From contig OX597814.1 in assembly GCA_951406725.2 (NCBI GenBank), positions 206,832,001-206,896,000 of the forward strand: 64,000 nt of DNA, given 5' to 3'. A program made the position numbers and the translations under genes. Below the pieces are notes generated by a model. The model searched no databases, was not told where the DNA came from, and saw nothing but the letters and a program-made list of their open reading frames with translations. Shown piece by piece: positions 12,728-25,649 of this stretch; within the stretch, counting starts at the first letter, position 1; every line of letters begins with the position of its first letter. This DNA comes from Octopus vulgaris (Eukaryota).

Positions 12728-13589
12728 CTGTTAGAAGTAAACAATTAATTTATCATCACCCAAGCAAAGACATAATATCCTAATTAATTTCTGTTAATTA
12801 CAATGGATGAATATTGTTTTAAATTTATTCATTTTAAGACCTCACCAACAGAGTAGAAAATCAGAAGATATTCAGACAAGCAATCTTGTTTTTCAACTGA
12901 GCACATCTAAACCTCTCTTTTTCAGCACATACCATAATTACCTTATTAGTTCATTTCATTATTCTATCTAATTCATTATCTCTGTAAACACAGTTTCATC
13001 TTCCATGCTGTACGTTTAAAAATATTCAAGATCCAGGAAAGACTTCCTGTTATTTCAGTACTCATATTTTTTGTAAATGTTCTTTCAAATTTCATTTTGT
13101 AGAAAAAAAATAAAACACTTTGGAAATTTCCAACACTTTCAGTTGCATAAAAAATAAAAACTTTTTGCCATACAGTATTAATAATACCTCTTTTTACCAT
13201 GGGAAATTTCTCTGAAATTTTATCGCCGAGAAACATATCCAACCAGTTTGGGATTTTTGTCAAAACTCATCCCCACCCCTACAAATAGCTTTCTCCGAAA
13301 AAATTCCAATATAATCGACTTCTAGGCCATATGAATAGCACATGTAAAAAAATTTATTAAAAAATGTGTGGAAAAGAGTTTGCGTGAGATTTGGCTGTTA
13401 TTTCTAGCATATGAATAGACTGCTTGAAGGCTTATTTAATGTATGGGAGTAGGTGGGGTACATATCCACCATGTGCACCCAACTTTGATTTCGAAGTATT
13501 TAAGGGTCTACATCCCAAGACATACTAATGACCACATGGAAGCACAGTTCACTATAGCTAGGACCAAACCTAGATTTTAGAACTATACA

Positions 13590-14060
13590 CTAAGAGACAG
13601 AAATAGAATCAGACAGAGGTCCAACAACTCGGGTATAAACCCACATGTGGCCTATGTAGGCTGATTCAGTGCATGAGGAACGGAGAAATGGTATGCCTTC
13701 CGACAAATAATTCTGGCAGGATGTCAATAGACAGCTTACCGAACTACATCCAGGCAATGCAACCTCACATTGCCAATACGAAAATAACAACTTTACAGGT
13801 GCATGAGGAGAGAGAAAAGGTCCCCCAACGCCCACATGATGATGTGGACAATTGTTCTTGGATCTCAGAAATGCATGGCCAACAATTTCCAAGCCTGGAA
13901 CAACAGTATCCCAACGCTGTCTGGACTTTGTAAGGACCACAAAGTAACTACTGATCCTGCGGTGGGACCACCAACAAGACCAGTCTGTGGAGCAAATATC
14001 GCCAGCAACTACAGGATCTCCTACTTCCTCTCAATGATTACACGCCCCATAATCTGGTGT
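13590..14060 (+). mobile_element. Penelope-like element RT N-terminal fragment
   Basis: VCLPTNNSGRMSID and PTLSGLCKDHK...PPTRPVCGA...NYRISYFLS resemble the PLE K.DK.G and P.LYG.PK.HK..P.RP motifs; frameshifted. Confidence 0.65.
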
Positions 14061-14071
14061 TCCCTGCTGTA

Positions 14072-14760
14072 AAGAAATTTGACATCGAACAAACAGTAAA
14101 CCATCAGAACAACCGACATTTTGAGTGTATCTGGTTCTGTCAAGGATAGACTTATAAATCGATGTCATAATCTACAATCAGTTATGGTTTGGGTGGCTGT
14201 GAAAGCCACAGGAAGGTCTCCCTTCATTTTTGTGCCCTCAGATGTTAAAATTAACATCAAAAATAACATTAGTGACATTCTAGAAGTTTAACTGCTTCCC
14301 TGGGTGAATGAGCACTTTCATGGCATACGTTAGAGCTTACAACTGGACTTGGCACCATCCCACAGCTCCAAATAGACACAACAGTGGATTCAGAAAGACA
14401 TTCCGTCATTGTTAGTCAAGGACATATGGTCCTCAAGAGGCCCCAATCTCAATCCATTGGGTTTTTCTGTTTGGCCCATTTTGGTCTTGAGAACTCCCCA
14501 AGTTTTGCTCAATGCTCTGGAGACAATACTGCACCAGGAATGGGCTTTGGTTCCACAAGAACAGTTGTGTGCTGCATGTGTAGCATTTTCACCTAGAGTA
14601 GCATCTGTGTCTTGAAACAGAGGTGGTCGTATTGAATAAATGTGTTAGAGTCATAATTGTGTTTCACTTACCTTTGCATTGTAATGCTCTGAACCGAAAT
14701 ATAACAATATTTGGCTTTGGCAAAATTGAAAAAAGATAGTTGCTTCAAATTTGGGACACA

Positions 14761-14765
<5 letters not shown>
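14072..14765 (+). mobile_element. Tc1/mariner superfamily (DD37D/maT-like) transposase fossil with right terminus
   Basis: KKFDIEQTVNHQNNR, VMVW.AV...G.SP.IF, QLDLAPSH...WSSRGPNLNPLGFSVW; 37 residues between D2 and the D3 position. Ends ttgggacacagtg|TA into a (TA)n run. Confidence 0.85.
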
Positions 14766-14807
<42 letters not shown>

Positions 14808-14954
14808 TGCATGAGTAGACAAAAGGAATGTGATGAGTACACACACACACACACAGATATTGTGTGTATGTATATATATATATATATGCAAGGTGTTAAT
14901 ATTTGTTTACACATCTCTATAGAAATTTGATGCATAAGCACATTAGTGACAGAG

Positions 14955-15445
14955 GCAGTAGTAAAGCCAAGAGATGCAATATTTCATCCCCACTTAAGCA
15001 TGGGTGTCCTGTTAGTACCAACTTTACTGTGGTAGATGCCATGAGCTAAACCCTAACATTGGATTTTTGGGGCAAGATAATTCCCTACTACCTCCAGCAC
15101 TGGGACAACAAGATCACATAATATCCACCTTGTTTGACCTTGTCAATGATGGACACATGAGCACTAGGGAGTGTCAATCTATATAACGCTGGGGGGAGAT
15201 GAATTACTGCTGTCTCTAGCAGTCGATTGTCCATCATCGATAAGTTCAAACAAGGTGGAAATCACATGAACTGGTGGCCTTGGTGCTGAAGATTTATCTT
15301 TTTGCTACTGATATGAAGAAGAGGGCATTCCAAAAAGCCTGTGAGGGTTTCTCTCATGGCAATTACCATAGTAAAGTTGGTTCTCAGGGAACATCCTTGT
15401 TTAAACGGGGATAAATATTACCTCACACTAATAACTGACTGCATG
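14955..15445. mobile_element. Fold-back / MITE-like long inverted repeat
   Basis: Left arm ~14955-15170 matches the reverse complement of ~15213-15445 (e.g. ccaccttgtttgaccttgtcaatgatggaca vs tgtccatcatcgataagttcaaacaaggtgg). Confidence 0.8.
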
Positions 15446-16558
15446 GGAATGAAGAACAGTTGCAAGAAGAACCAAAGAAAGAGGTCTTTACGTGGTCACT
15501 TGATCTGCTAAAATTAACAGCCAAATCTCTCTCACATCATACCTTGCTACCTTATAGTGTTTTGTGAATAAATGTGGGAAGTCTTAGCTAGAGAATGTAT
15601 CTTGGGTCTTTATTTGGGACTTCTTCATGCACAATGGAAACAACTTGGATTACTTGAAACATTCTTCAGAACATCTGGAAATTGAATATTTCAAAGTGGC
15701 AAGGCTTGTCAGGGTCAAGTGTAAAGAGCTTCAACATCACCTTGATGGTAAATTCACCAGGCTTTTTAAAGGGCACTGGACCAAAGAGGAAATTTGTGGA
15801 CATATTCCATCCATCCTGGCTTTTGATGCTCAATAAAGTATAGGGTTTGCTGACCAAGGCTATTTTGCTGAACCGTTGACCATATCAGATGTTAGATTTT
15901 GGAGATTTCCATACTTGGATAGGGAGAAAGTTCCACCCAATTACAACTGATGTTATTGCAAGAGTCCCAGAACCAGAAATGGAGAGAAAGGGGGAAGGGG
16001 GACAGAGGTAACTGGTTTGGCGTTTGTGAAATGGATCTTGGCTGTGGCAGCTTGGAAGAGGAGGAGGAAGAAAAGAAGAGAAGAAAGACATACAAGCATC
16101 TTTGACCTTCAGTCTGCAGAATCAGAACTGACTCAGGGTCCAACAATAAATACAACAACAACAACAAGCAAAACATTCTTAGCTTCAAATGTTACAATGG
16201 AATATTTCAGAAGCAAGAATTTGGTGATGGGAAATGGTATAATGAAAGGATAAAGCACAACAAGATATGATGAACAGCATTAAAGGTAGCATGAAGAAAG
16301 GTACCCAGGACATGCTGTGAAGTGGTTGGCATTAGGAATGGCATCCAGCCATAGAAACCATGCCAAAGCAGACACTGGGGTTCAATAAACCCTTGTGGCT
16401 CTTTGGAGCCAGTCAAAATGTTGCACCCATGAAAGTATGGAACAAGGGCTGTAAGTGAGGATCGTTTCTATTTTCTTTTCTTTATTGCGGAATATTGGTT
16501 TTTGGTAAATTCCAAGAATATCAACATCAAACAACAAACAATAAATACATCAACCAAC

Positions 16559-16786
16559 CTTTACTACTACTGTATCTTGAGGATAAACCACAAAGCAAAC
16601 GTCTTTGATCCGGCTTGAATTTAGATTTGAGTAGCTTTTCACTGCTTCATACATAGTTCTGGGTAGTTCTTCAACAGGGTACTTCAATACCCCAGCTCCT
16701 AATATAGGAAATGCAAGACTTTTTGCTCCCAATTCCTCAGCATTTTCTAGACAAATGGTTATTATTTGAGTCAAGTTTGCCAGAAT
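16559..16786 (-). CDS. Exon E: C-terminal half of macrodomain 2
   Basis: tttattag|ATT ... AAG|gttggt; 228 nt, phase 0-0; ILANLTQIITICLENAEELGAKSLAFPILGAGVLKYPVEELPRTMYEAVKSYSNLNSSRIKDVCFVVYPQDTVVVK; SLAFPILGAG is the macrodomain loop-2 motif. Confidence 0.92.
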
Positions 16787-17397
16787 CTAATAAAAAATAA
16801 TTGTTTAGTAATTGATAATGAACATTTTATTAAATTATTTTCTTATTACAGGAAGAAACCATTAAGTTGTAATAAATATATCCTCCTCTCACAACTCCTC
16901 TCACTCCTACCACTTCTAAACACAACTGTCATTCCTATCACTCTTTAGTCCTGCAAGAGACAAGGCAACCTCACTCATGTTGCTGCTACAATAAAACAGA
17001 CTCAATCCACCATGTTAAATGGTTGGTGAATGAAGAGAGAGAATGCAGACCCAAGAGGAGTCTTTAGTGTTGTTGAGGACATGACAACCTCTCTAGTGCT
17101 CGTGCCATGACAGAGAAAAACTCACCAATACAGAGAGTAAAACAGAGAAATATGTTTTAATATAGTCTTATTTATCAGTCATATAACTGTTGTTAGGCCA
17201 TGAGGCTTTTTCCCTTCTATTTATATATAAAAGTGTCCTGTTCATCGATATCTTCTGCTTCCTTCCAATGATAACTTGGAAGAACAAATATTAAACAGGA
17301 TGCTGACATTTGCTTTATGATTCTCACACAACATGCATAAGGTTCCCTTCAAACATTAACTCTTTCAATAAGTCAATATAATATGATTGATACTTAC

Positions 17398-17625
17398 TGA
17401 ATCAGAGGAATATTCATCCCAGGAAGGTAATGCCAGATGAAATACATTCTTACATTTGAGGTTATATCCTTTAGTGATGGCAATTTCAGATGTAGAAATA
17501 CCTCGAGGATATTTCTGGTTACATTCATCTTGTATCTGTGAACCAGCAGCATTGAAAATAGATTTGGAGATAGAACCATCACTAAGCCGGAGGTTTTTAT
17601 TGCTGCTGTTAACGATGACATCAAC
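17398..17625 (-). CDS. Exon D: N-terminal half of macrodomain 2
   Basis: ttttgtag|GTT GAT ... GAT TCA|gtaagt; 228 nt, phase 0-0; VDVIVNSSNKNLRLSDGSISKSIFNAAGSQIQDECNQKYPRGISTSEIAITKGYNLKCKNVFHLALPSWDEYSSDS, with macrodomain motifs DVIVN, AAG..Q.E and T.G.NL.CK.V.H. This frame is absent from the ORF track. Confidence 0.92.
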
Positions 17626-17906
17626 CTACAAAAGTAATTAATGGTAAACAACTAAGGAACATTCCATGGAGAGAAGAGAGATACATTGTTGCAGTTGATA
17701 TTGTTGTTAAGAAAGGCTCTACAGAATGGCTGTAGTAAGTTTGAGGTTGTTAAAGTTAGCAAAAGATATACTCAAGATATCAGATGTGAAGGAAATGAAA
17801 TGTTTGAGTTTGATTGAGAAAATGTTTTAATTAACTGTAATGATTCCTCATTTGGAAATGAAATAACAATTAAAGGTAAATATGTCAAGTGAATCTATTT
17901 ACTCAC

Positions 17907-18043
17907 AGATGCATTAGAAATTGAATCAATCAATAATTGTATTTTGATGCCAGCATTTTCTCCGGATGCCACATTAGTTCTGTGTACCACAGAAGAGGGT
18001 TCCTTTTGCGAAACATGAAGAGATGTGTTTGATGATGTGGTGT
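17907..18043 (-). CDS. Exon C: linker and first strand of macrodomain 2
   Basis: ttttcag|AC ACC ... GCA TCT|gtgagt; 137 nt, phase 1-0; (D)TTSSNTSLHVSQKEPSSVVHRTNVASGENAGIKIQLLIDSISNAS; reads straight into VDVIVN of exon D. Confidence 0.85.
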
Positions 18044-18080
18044 CTGAAAATAATAAACAAATATCAACATATGTACACTT

Positions 18081-18126
<46 letters not shown>

Positions 18127-18228
18127 AAGATATATATCATCATCATCATCATCATTTAACGTCCGTATATGTATTTCATGTTTGGATTTGGTTTGCAAGA
18201 TTCTTTATGTGAGTTTGTGTGTTGAAGC

Positions 18229-19620
18229 ATATTCTGTTGTGTCTGGGGAGAGTCATTTTCTTTTCGTGCCTTATAATTTAACACACTCACTGCCAAAAAT
18301 TTCCACTTATTTCTCCTTTTTATTTTGTTCAAATTTTCGTTGCATCTTGCAAACATTTCAATAGTCTTGACTCTGTCCGTTATTTACACTGCGTTCCTTT
18401 TTGTTTGTTTGTGCGCATGTGTGTGGGTCAGTGTGTGTGTGTGTCTATGCATGCATGTATTTATGTATGGGTATGGGGGTATGATATCTACCATGTATAT
18501 TTCCTATTTAGTATTAGGAAAGTTTCATTTATAAGGACGTACTCCCGTATTTGTCTGAGTGTTGGGTCTTTTGATTGCTTGGATGAGGTGCGGATGTCAA
18601 GTTGACCAATGTTGCCTCTATGGTGGTCTTTGGTAGAGTATGGAGGACTGCTTTTTGTTGTCATATTGTTTCAAATGTTCATTTAGTCTTTCAGCTATGC
18701 TCCTAGATGTCTCCCCTACGTACGTCATGTTTATGTCTTTACAGGCACCTTCTAAGCATCATATGCTGTAAACTACATTTCGAGTTCTACAGTTAATGCC
18801 AGGGCTAATCCTACATACCATGCAGTTATCATTGGTGCATATGGTATTCTTAAAGGGGTACATCCTACATAGTTGTGGTCTGATGGATTTCCCTGGCTTT
18901 TCAACAATCTTAATGTCGGGTTTGGTCTCCTTCAGAGCTTCCCTAAATCTACAGGCTAGTTCTCCATGGGATTTGGCCTCTACAAACATCACTCCTTGAT
19001 ATTTCTCACTTTTATACCATGTGTTCGCCCTGTTTGCTATGTCACAAGTTCTTTGTATCCTATTCCATTCTTTGTTTCTATATCTAGGGCAGCTACCACT
19101 GGTATCATTACGTATAATGTTATCAGATTTATTTCTAGCACCCCTGTATACTCGAACCCAATCTTTTTGATCATATCCAGAGAACTGCATGCGGTGCATA
19201 AAGTTCTGTATGTGTTTTGTCGTTTCATAGGGTTCGCATAGTGGGGACACATTGTTCATTATTCTAATTAAGTCTGCTATTAGTATGGTTAAATTTCCAT
19301 GTTTTGTGAGAAAGGTGAGTTCTTGTGAACGACATAGTTTGAAGTTATGGGTTCCATGTAATAAGAGTGGAGGAGCTGCACTATTTTGTTCACAGTCTCT
19401 AACCCAAGTTCAGTATCAAGTACAGGGAGTCCATTGTTGGGGTGCTTAGTGGGGTTAATCTATAGTTACCTTGATACTTTGGTGGATGGAGTTAGCTATT
19501 TGCTGGAGGCTCTCCATTATGTTCTTCTCAGTTTCTACATTAAGCGGATATTTCACCGGTGAGTGTGTAAAATTATAAGGCACAAAAAGAAAATGACTCT
19601 CCCCAGACACAACAGTATAT
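18229..19620 (-). mobile_element. Penelope-like element (RT thumb + GIY-YIG endonuclease), 5'-truncated, with inverted terminal repeats
   Basis: ORF 18759-19259 and its continuation: KIVEKPG, C...C..C......CRTRNVVYSI*C...YVGETSRSIAERLNEH; ~62-bp inverted repeats at 18229-18291 and 19559-19620. Confidence 0.85.
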
Positions 19621-19755
19621 ATATATATACATACATATATTTAGTAAAATTTAGATTCAGATGAATATGGTACTTAAGTTAAAGGGCACCAGAATTTGGC
19701 ATGGTATTATCCATATAATTACAATCAAAATAAGCAACAAGGATATCCAGAGGTA

Positions 19756-19845
19756 ATGCAGTACAATCGTTTCATGCGACTCCATTTAATTGAACAATGC
19801 AAAAATTACATCAGTTTTAAAATGTAGAGCAATCTTCAGCTGCAT
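19756..19845 (-). ncRNA. Candidate minimal type I hammerhead ribozyme
   Basis: Minus strand: ATGCAG CTGAAGA [59-nt imperfect stem II] GAAA C GATT G TA CTGCAT; perfect 6-bp stem I, both conserved core boxes, GUA cleavage triplet, 2-bp stem III. Confidence 0.7.
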
Positions 19846-20179
19846 AAAAATATAGAATTTAGTTAAATTCGAAGGATTCCTTTGTATAGTTTTCTTATTA
19901 TTCAAAATCACAAAGAGGATAAGTAGATAGACAAAGAACATGTTTTATCAACAACATCACAGTTGTAACTGAAATTTTTGCAAAGGAAAGACACTGCTTA
20001 TCATTGATTATATATGTTATTCAGATTTACTAATGTGGGGGGGGTACTTTAAATTTATAGGCTAGTTTATCAAGTCTAATAGAAACTAGAATCTATACTT
20101 TATGGATGAAGTAAAAAAGACATTTTAAGTGGCAGAGTCATAAATGAAGATTTTTTTTATGTAAAAACCATTTGTTTCA

Positions 20180-20207
20180 TAATAATAGTAATAACAACAA
20201 CAACAAC

Positions 20208-20242
<35 letters not shown>

Positions 20243-23100
20243 TAGTGAAATTATTGTATACAGTGCTCAGGTGCACCACAACTTGTCAAAAGTGCGTATA
20301 AAGCATCTGCAGTAATGTACAAATGTCTGGGAAGTGAACAATGTATGAGTCAGATACATGCTTGTGTGTGTATGGAGGGGAGAAAATCAGGTGTAGTGTT
20401 GGCGAATCTCAGAAAGCATGGAAGTTTTGAAGGATGCAGTGCTCCGACAACTAACAACTGATGCCGGCAGTTTGTTCCATGCTTCAGCAACTCTTAGCGT
20501 GAAAAAATGTTTCCGAAAGTTATGGGAGCTGTGCTGTTTTCTGACTTTGTAAACATGTCCACAGGTGTTAGACAGATGGAGTTTGAAAAGGTGCTCAGAG
20601 TTTTTGTTTGTAAGATGGTTAATAATTTTATGGGTGTCTGCCAAGTCAGCTGCCAGACGTTGGAGTTTCAATGTATCCATGCCCAGGGAAGTAAGGTGTT
20701 CAGAATATGGCAAATGCCTGATGGAGGGAATTCTCTTGGTTGCACGTCGCTGAATGGCTTCCAGACGATTAATATCCTGGGCAAGATAGGGGTTCCAGAC
20801 TGGGGATGCAAATTCCAGGTTAGGTCTTACCATAGCTATATAATGCCTCAGATAGATAGCCGGAGAGCGGCTCACAAAGGTCTTGGTGTGTGATGCCAAG
20901 ACACCCTCAGCCTTCTTGGCAATTTTAGCAATGTGTTTTATCCAACACAAATTGCTGTTGACAATAATGCCCAGGTCACGTTCACAAGAAGACTTTTTGA
21001 GATTAGTGTTGTGGAGGGAGCAAGTAGACGCTGAGTTTTTCCTCCCAAAATGCATGGTGGTACATTTGTCCACAGCCAGGTTGAGTTGCCAGTCCATGAT
21101 CCACTGCTGCATTGTGTCCAGGTCCGATTGCAATAAAGATCTATAGTGTACAGGATCTGACCTCTTTATTTCGAGGTACAGCTTGATGTCATCTGCATAT
21201 TTCAGCACTGTGGCATTCTTTAAGTTGGCATCTATGTCATTAACATATGCAACAAATAAAAGGGGGCCAAGAACAGATCCCTGTGGTACACCAGATGTCA
21301 TCTCCTACGGTGAAGAGTGCTGTCCTAGAACTGTGACAACTTCTTTTTGGCCGACAATGAAGGACTTCAACCAGTTACAGAGATCATCTCTTACACCCAA
21401 CGCAGAAAGCTTCACCATAAGTCTTTTGTGTGGCACAGAGTTAAAAGCCTTAGCAAAGTCCAGGTAAACAACATCCATCCAGGATCCGCGATCAGTGATT
21501 CGGATAATGTCCTCAAGAAACTCGATGAGTTGATTACAGCAGCTGGAGTTAGGAATAAATCCGAATTGTGACAGCTGGATGAGGCTGTGAGACTTCCAGA
21601 AGTTCCAGAGGGTTTCTCTGATACAGGATTCCATCATTTTAGCGATGCAGCTAGTAAGACTGACGGGGCGATAGTTGACAGGTGATGTGTGGTCACATTT
21701 TTTGAACAGAGGGATAGCACTGACAGTTTTTCACTGCTCTTGAGTAACACCATTGTCAAGACAGAATTGGAAGAATAGTGAAAGTTGGTTTAGAAGAAAG
21801 TACCTACTGCGTTTGAGAAGTAGGTATGTAACACCATCGAGACCAGGAGAGGCATAGTTACGTTCATTCTTAAGGTGGCGTTGTAGCATTGCTGGTGTAA
21901 ATTGCATAGTAGATATAGAGTCCGATGTCAGTGATGATGAAGATGGGATATTTTGGTCTTCAACAGTAAAGATACTGGCATAGCATCCAGCAATGATTAC
22001 TGCACATTATTTGGGATTGCCAGTAACCTGGCCCATGTGGAGATTGCAAAGGAGGCCAACTGGAGAGTGGGGTCTCTGCTTTGAGTGCACATACTTCCAG
22101 AACACTTTGCTGTCAGGGTTAGCCGCAATGCGCTGTTCAAATTCAAGCACTGCCTTTTTTGTCACCTGCTTGAGGTGGTTGGCTGACCTATTGCGCTTTT
22201 CCCTGTTGCTCTCTGATTTGTGCAATTTGTATTCCTGTTCAGCATTACAGCGTTCTTTCCTGGCAAGTCGGACTGCTGCAGTCTCCCAGATTGAACTATT
22301 GGGTGATCTTTCTGTGCTTGTGTGGTACCGATGCGCACATGCCACCCATATTGAATTCAGAATGTTCTGAAGTATAGTGTTCACATCTCCAGAGACATAA
22401 AATTCGTGCCAGTTTGGGCATCACAGCTCGGTACAATAAGTGTTCCAGTCTGCTTTATTCCAGTCAAAGCAGGCAGTTTGAAGATGGTTGTGGTTTTTGT
22501 TACAACCAATCAGAGACAAGTCAGCCATGATCATGGAATGATCAGAGTCACCTAAAGGTACTTCAGAAGTGACACTAATGATTGTTTCAGGAGAAACGGT
22601 AAATAGCAAATCCAAAGTGTTGTTACCCCTTGTGGGGGAGGTAAAAATTGCGACCAATTTGAATTCAGCACCAGTTCAAGGAAATCGTCTGCACTTTGCA
22701 GCCAACAGAAGGCCTCCCAGTCAATCTCAGGGAAATTGAAGTCCCCCGCAATATAAACATAAGTGGCTGTTTCCATGGCAGCAACTCTGAGGATATCAAA
22801 AAGTTGTGTGTCTTGATGATAATTTGGGGGGCAGTAAACAACTCGCAAGTAGAAGTGTTGACATGGTCATGTATATATTGCAGAAAAATACTTCCTGTTG
22901 AGATTGGTTCAAATCATCACAAGGAATTGCCAATAGATTTGAACGGATGTAAACCATCACACACCCACAACGGCGATTAATGCGGAACAGGTTGTAGCTG
23001 GCTATGCTGAAAACCCCATCACAGAATGCAGAATGTGCCCATATTTTCATGACTGTGATGAAATCTGGGTCGATACTTTTGATGTAAGAATATACTTCAG
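20180..23100 (-). mobile_element. CR1-clade LINE (APE endonuclease + RT), degraded
   Basis: VYCPP, AGDFNFPEIDW, PTRGNNTLDL, LGDSDH, YLDFAKAFNSVPH, GVPQGSVLGPLLF, YADD, EFASPVWNPY, FFTLRVAEAWNKLP; (TTA)n tail at 20180-20240. Confidence 0.92.
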
Positions 23101-23629
23101 CTAATTGTGCAGGCTAAAGCTGATATAGCATTAACTATTTACCAGCTATAAAAGCAGTGTTATTTATATACATGCAGGTACATTTTAGAGTTGTTTCAAA
23201 GAGCAATAAGAAGAATATTTCAGAATATTTTCAGTATTATCAAAAAATTTTATACAATAGAGGGATAGAGAATATAGAAATAATTCCATATTTATATATT
23301 TCTATATTAACTTAATATATATTTATAGTTAATTATTAAATAGTAATTTTTGGTACTAATAAAGGAAAGTTAAGTTGAAGGAATATGTTAAAAATTTATA
23401 TATTATACGTTAACAATTTTAGTTAGAGCATGTTTCTTATATTATAAAATAAACAGTGAATTATACCAGTATAGTATATATAAGTTGAGTATGAAATTTA
23501 TAGAGATATATTATAAATAAAATGATATAGTGAGTAAATAGGTAAGAAATTGGTTTGAAATTAAAATAAAGAAATAAAAATGAATATAATAAAATATAAA
23601 TCTTTGTAGAATGTTATAGACAAGGGGTA

Positions 23630-25005
23630 AATCAGAACTTAATGAGATGTCTAGCCCAAAGTATGGAGACCTTGCTAGTGACAGTTAGGAACGAGGGAGT
23701 ATTGAGAGCAGTGAGAAAAGGGAAAACAAAGGAAGAAGTACGAAAAGGGACATGAAAAAGAATTACAAGAAGAGATTACGCAATCAGTTCGATGTAGCTA
23801 CAACAGAAGTTGCTGGAAAAAATAGGTGGAATTGGCTGAAGAAAGGAGACCAAGAGCACTATGCTGGTAGTGTATGACCAAGATTTGGCCATATGGAAGG
23901 TCAACCTTAGGAATGAGCAAGCATGTCCACTGGGCCGCATCTGTAATAGAGATGGACGAGACCATTGCCTACATCATGAATGAATGCCCTAAACTTGCCC
24001 AAAACCATTATAAGTTGTGGTAACATAACCAGGTGGCAAAGTGTTCCATTGGAAACTGCTATAAGTGGGGGCTAGAGAGAGGCAAGACATGGTATGAGAA
24101 CAAATTACAGAGAGTGGCAGAGTTGGAGACTAGGAAAATCTTCTGGGATTTCCCAATCCAAACAGATCAGGTACTAGAGAATAACACACTGGACCTTGTG
24201 GTAGTGGACAAGGTGCATCACATATGCTATGTAGTTGATGTTGGATGCTCCTTTGACCCACAAATGGTCAAGAAGGAATGCAAGGAAATAGATAGACTGA
24301 CAGACAGACAGATAGATAGATACAACCCTCTTAAGTACGAAATAGCCCAGCTATGGAAAATGAAGGAAGTGAAGATAGTGCCAATTATTGTTGGGTCCTT
24401 CGGAACAGTATGAGAAGGCACGAAGAGGAATAAAATAGGAAATTGGAATAGAGTGCCCAGTAGAACTGTTACAAAAGGTTTGCTTCCTTGGCATGGCCAG
24501 AATAATTAGGAAAGTATTAGATAGTTGAAAAGAACGAATAGCATGGTACTATAGGCTGCAGGTAGTAAGCCCACTATGTATGCAAGGCTCCAGGAGTTCC
24601 AACAAAACCTGTAATAAAGAGAAAATAAAAGTAATAATAATTGACCCATCACGCCTGTTTGATTCCGGGATTGTAAAAAAGAGGAAGAAAAACAAAAAAA
24701 AAAAATACAATCTCCATAAATTTGAAATAAGAAGAATTTGGTGCATGTGATCAGTAATGGTCATGTCTATAATAATTGGTGAGTTGGGAACAGGAAGCCA
24801 AAAGATGGAGAAATAGCTGAAGGAGATTGGAATAGAATGCCCGGAAGAGCTTCTACAGAAAGTTTGTCTCTTAGGAACAGCAAGGATTATCAGGAGGGTT
24901 GTAAGCACTTGAAAGACTGCTGGAAACTTGTGGATACCTGAGGCTGCAGGTAGTAATCGGCTATTCCTGCCAGGAACAACACCAAACCCGAGCCAAACCA
25001 AAATA
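23630..25005 (+). mobile_element. Two adjacent Dong/R4 3' fragments (23630-24630 and 24640-25005)
   Basis: CCHC knuckle remains, IFWDFPIQTDQ, VDVGCSFD, IVPIIVG, LLQK.CLLG; each is followed by AAT repeats. Confidence 0.75.
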
Positions 25006-25649
25006 ATAATAATAATAATAGCAACAACAGAGATAAGCCCACACTGAATAACAACATGAATGTGCTACACAGGGCTCCCCATTCAAAAACAAATCTAATC
25101 TAATAACATCGATGGAATGGGATAAAGGAGCCTGTGGAAGACTTGAAGGAAGCAGACTTTTAATGAAAATAGTCACAAAAACGAAATTTTACTGCCATAC
25201 AAAGCAGAGTTTCTCCTCTACACAATGTCTCAGTGAAACGTGTATGAAACACACAAGCAAAATCAACATCAGAAAGTTTAGAGATATAAAATAGAAATGG
25301 AACAAAACAGTAAGTATATAATTACACATACACTTGAATGTCTACACAATCATATATACATTTTGATAGCCATAAGACTACACATACATTCCAATGTTTA
25401 CACAACTACGTGAAATTTAAAGGACACACATACATGCATATGAAAACACATGTCACAAATGAATCAAAAACAAAACAAAACAATTTTTTAGTTTTGAATG
25501 CAGACAGAGTGAACAATTCATAAATTTTAAAACACCACAAAATACTATGCCTGGAGATAAATCTATAAAAACAAATTACAGACGAATATCGATCTGTTAG
25601 CCTTAAGAAGCTACGTTATGAGCAATGTTTACATGCAGAGAACTCAGAG

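Noticed and set aside
16766-16948. Identical 60-aa plus-strand ORF also at 63789-63971
   Set aside because: By-product of near-identical intron DNA antisense to the real exon; non-ATG start and no domain.
17394-17651. 85-aa minus-strand ORF from the track over exon D
   Set aside because: Wrong frame; the macrodomain is in another frame defined by the splice sites.
18330-18400. Possible hammerhead remnant in the PLE 3' region
   Set aside because: GAAA is present, but the CUGANGA core and stem I are not recognisable.
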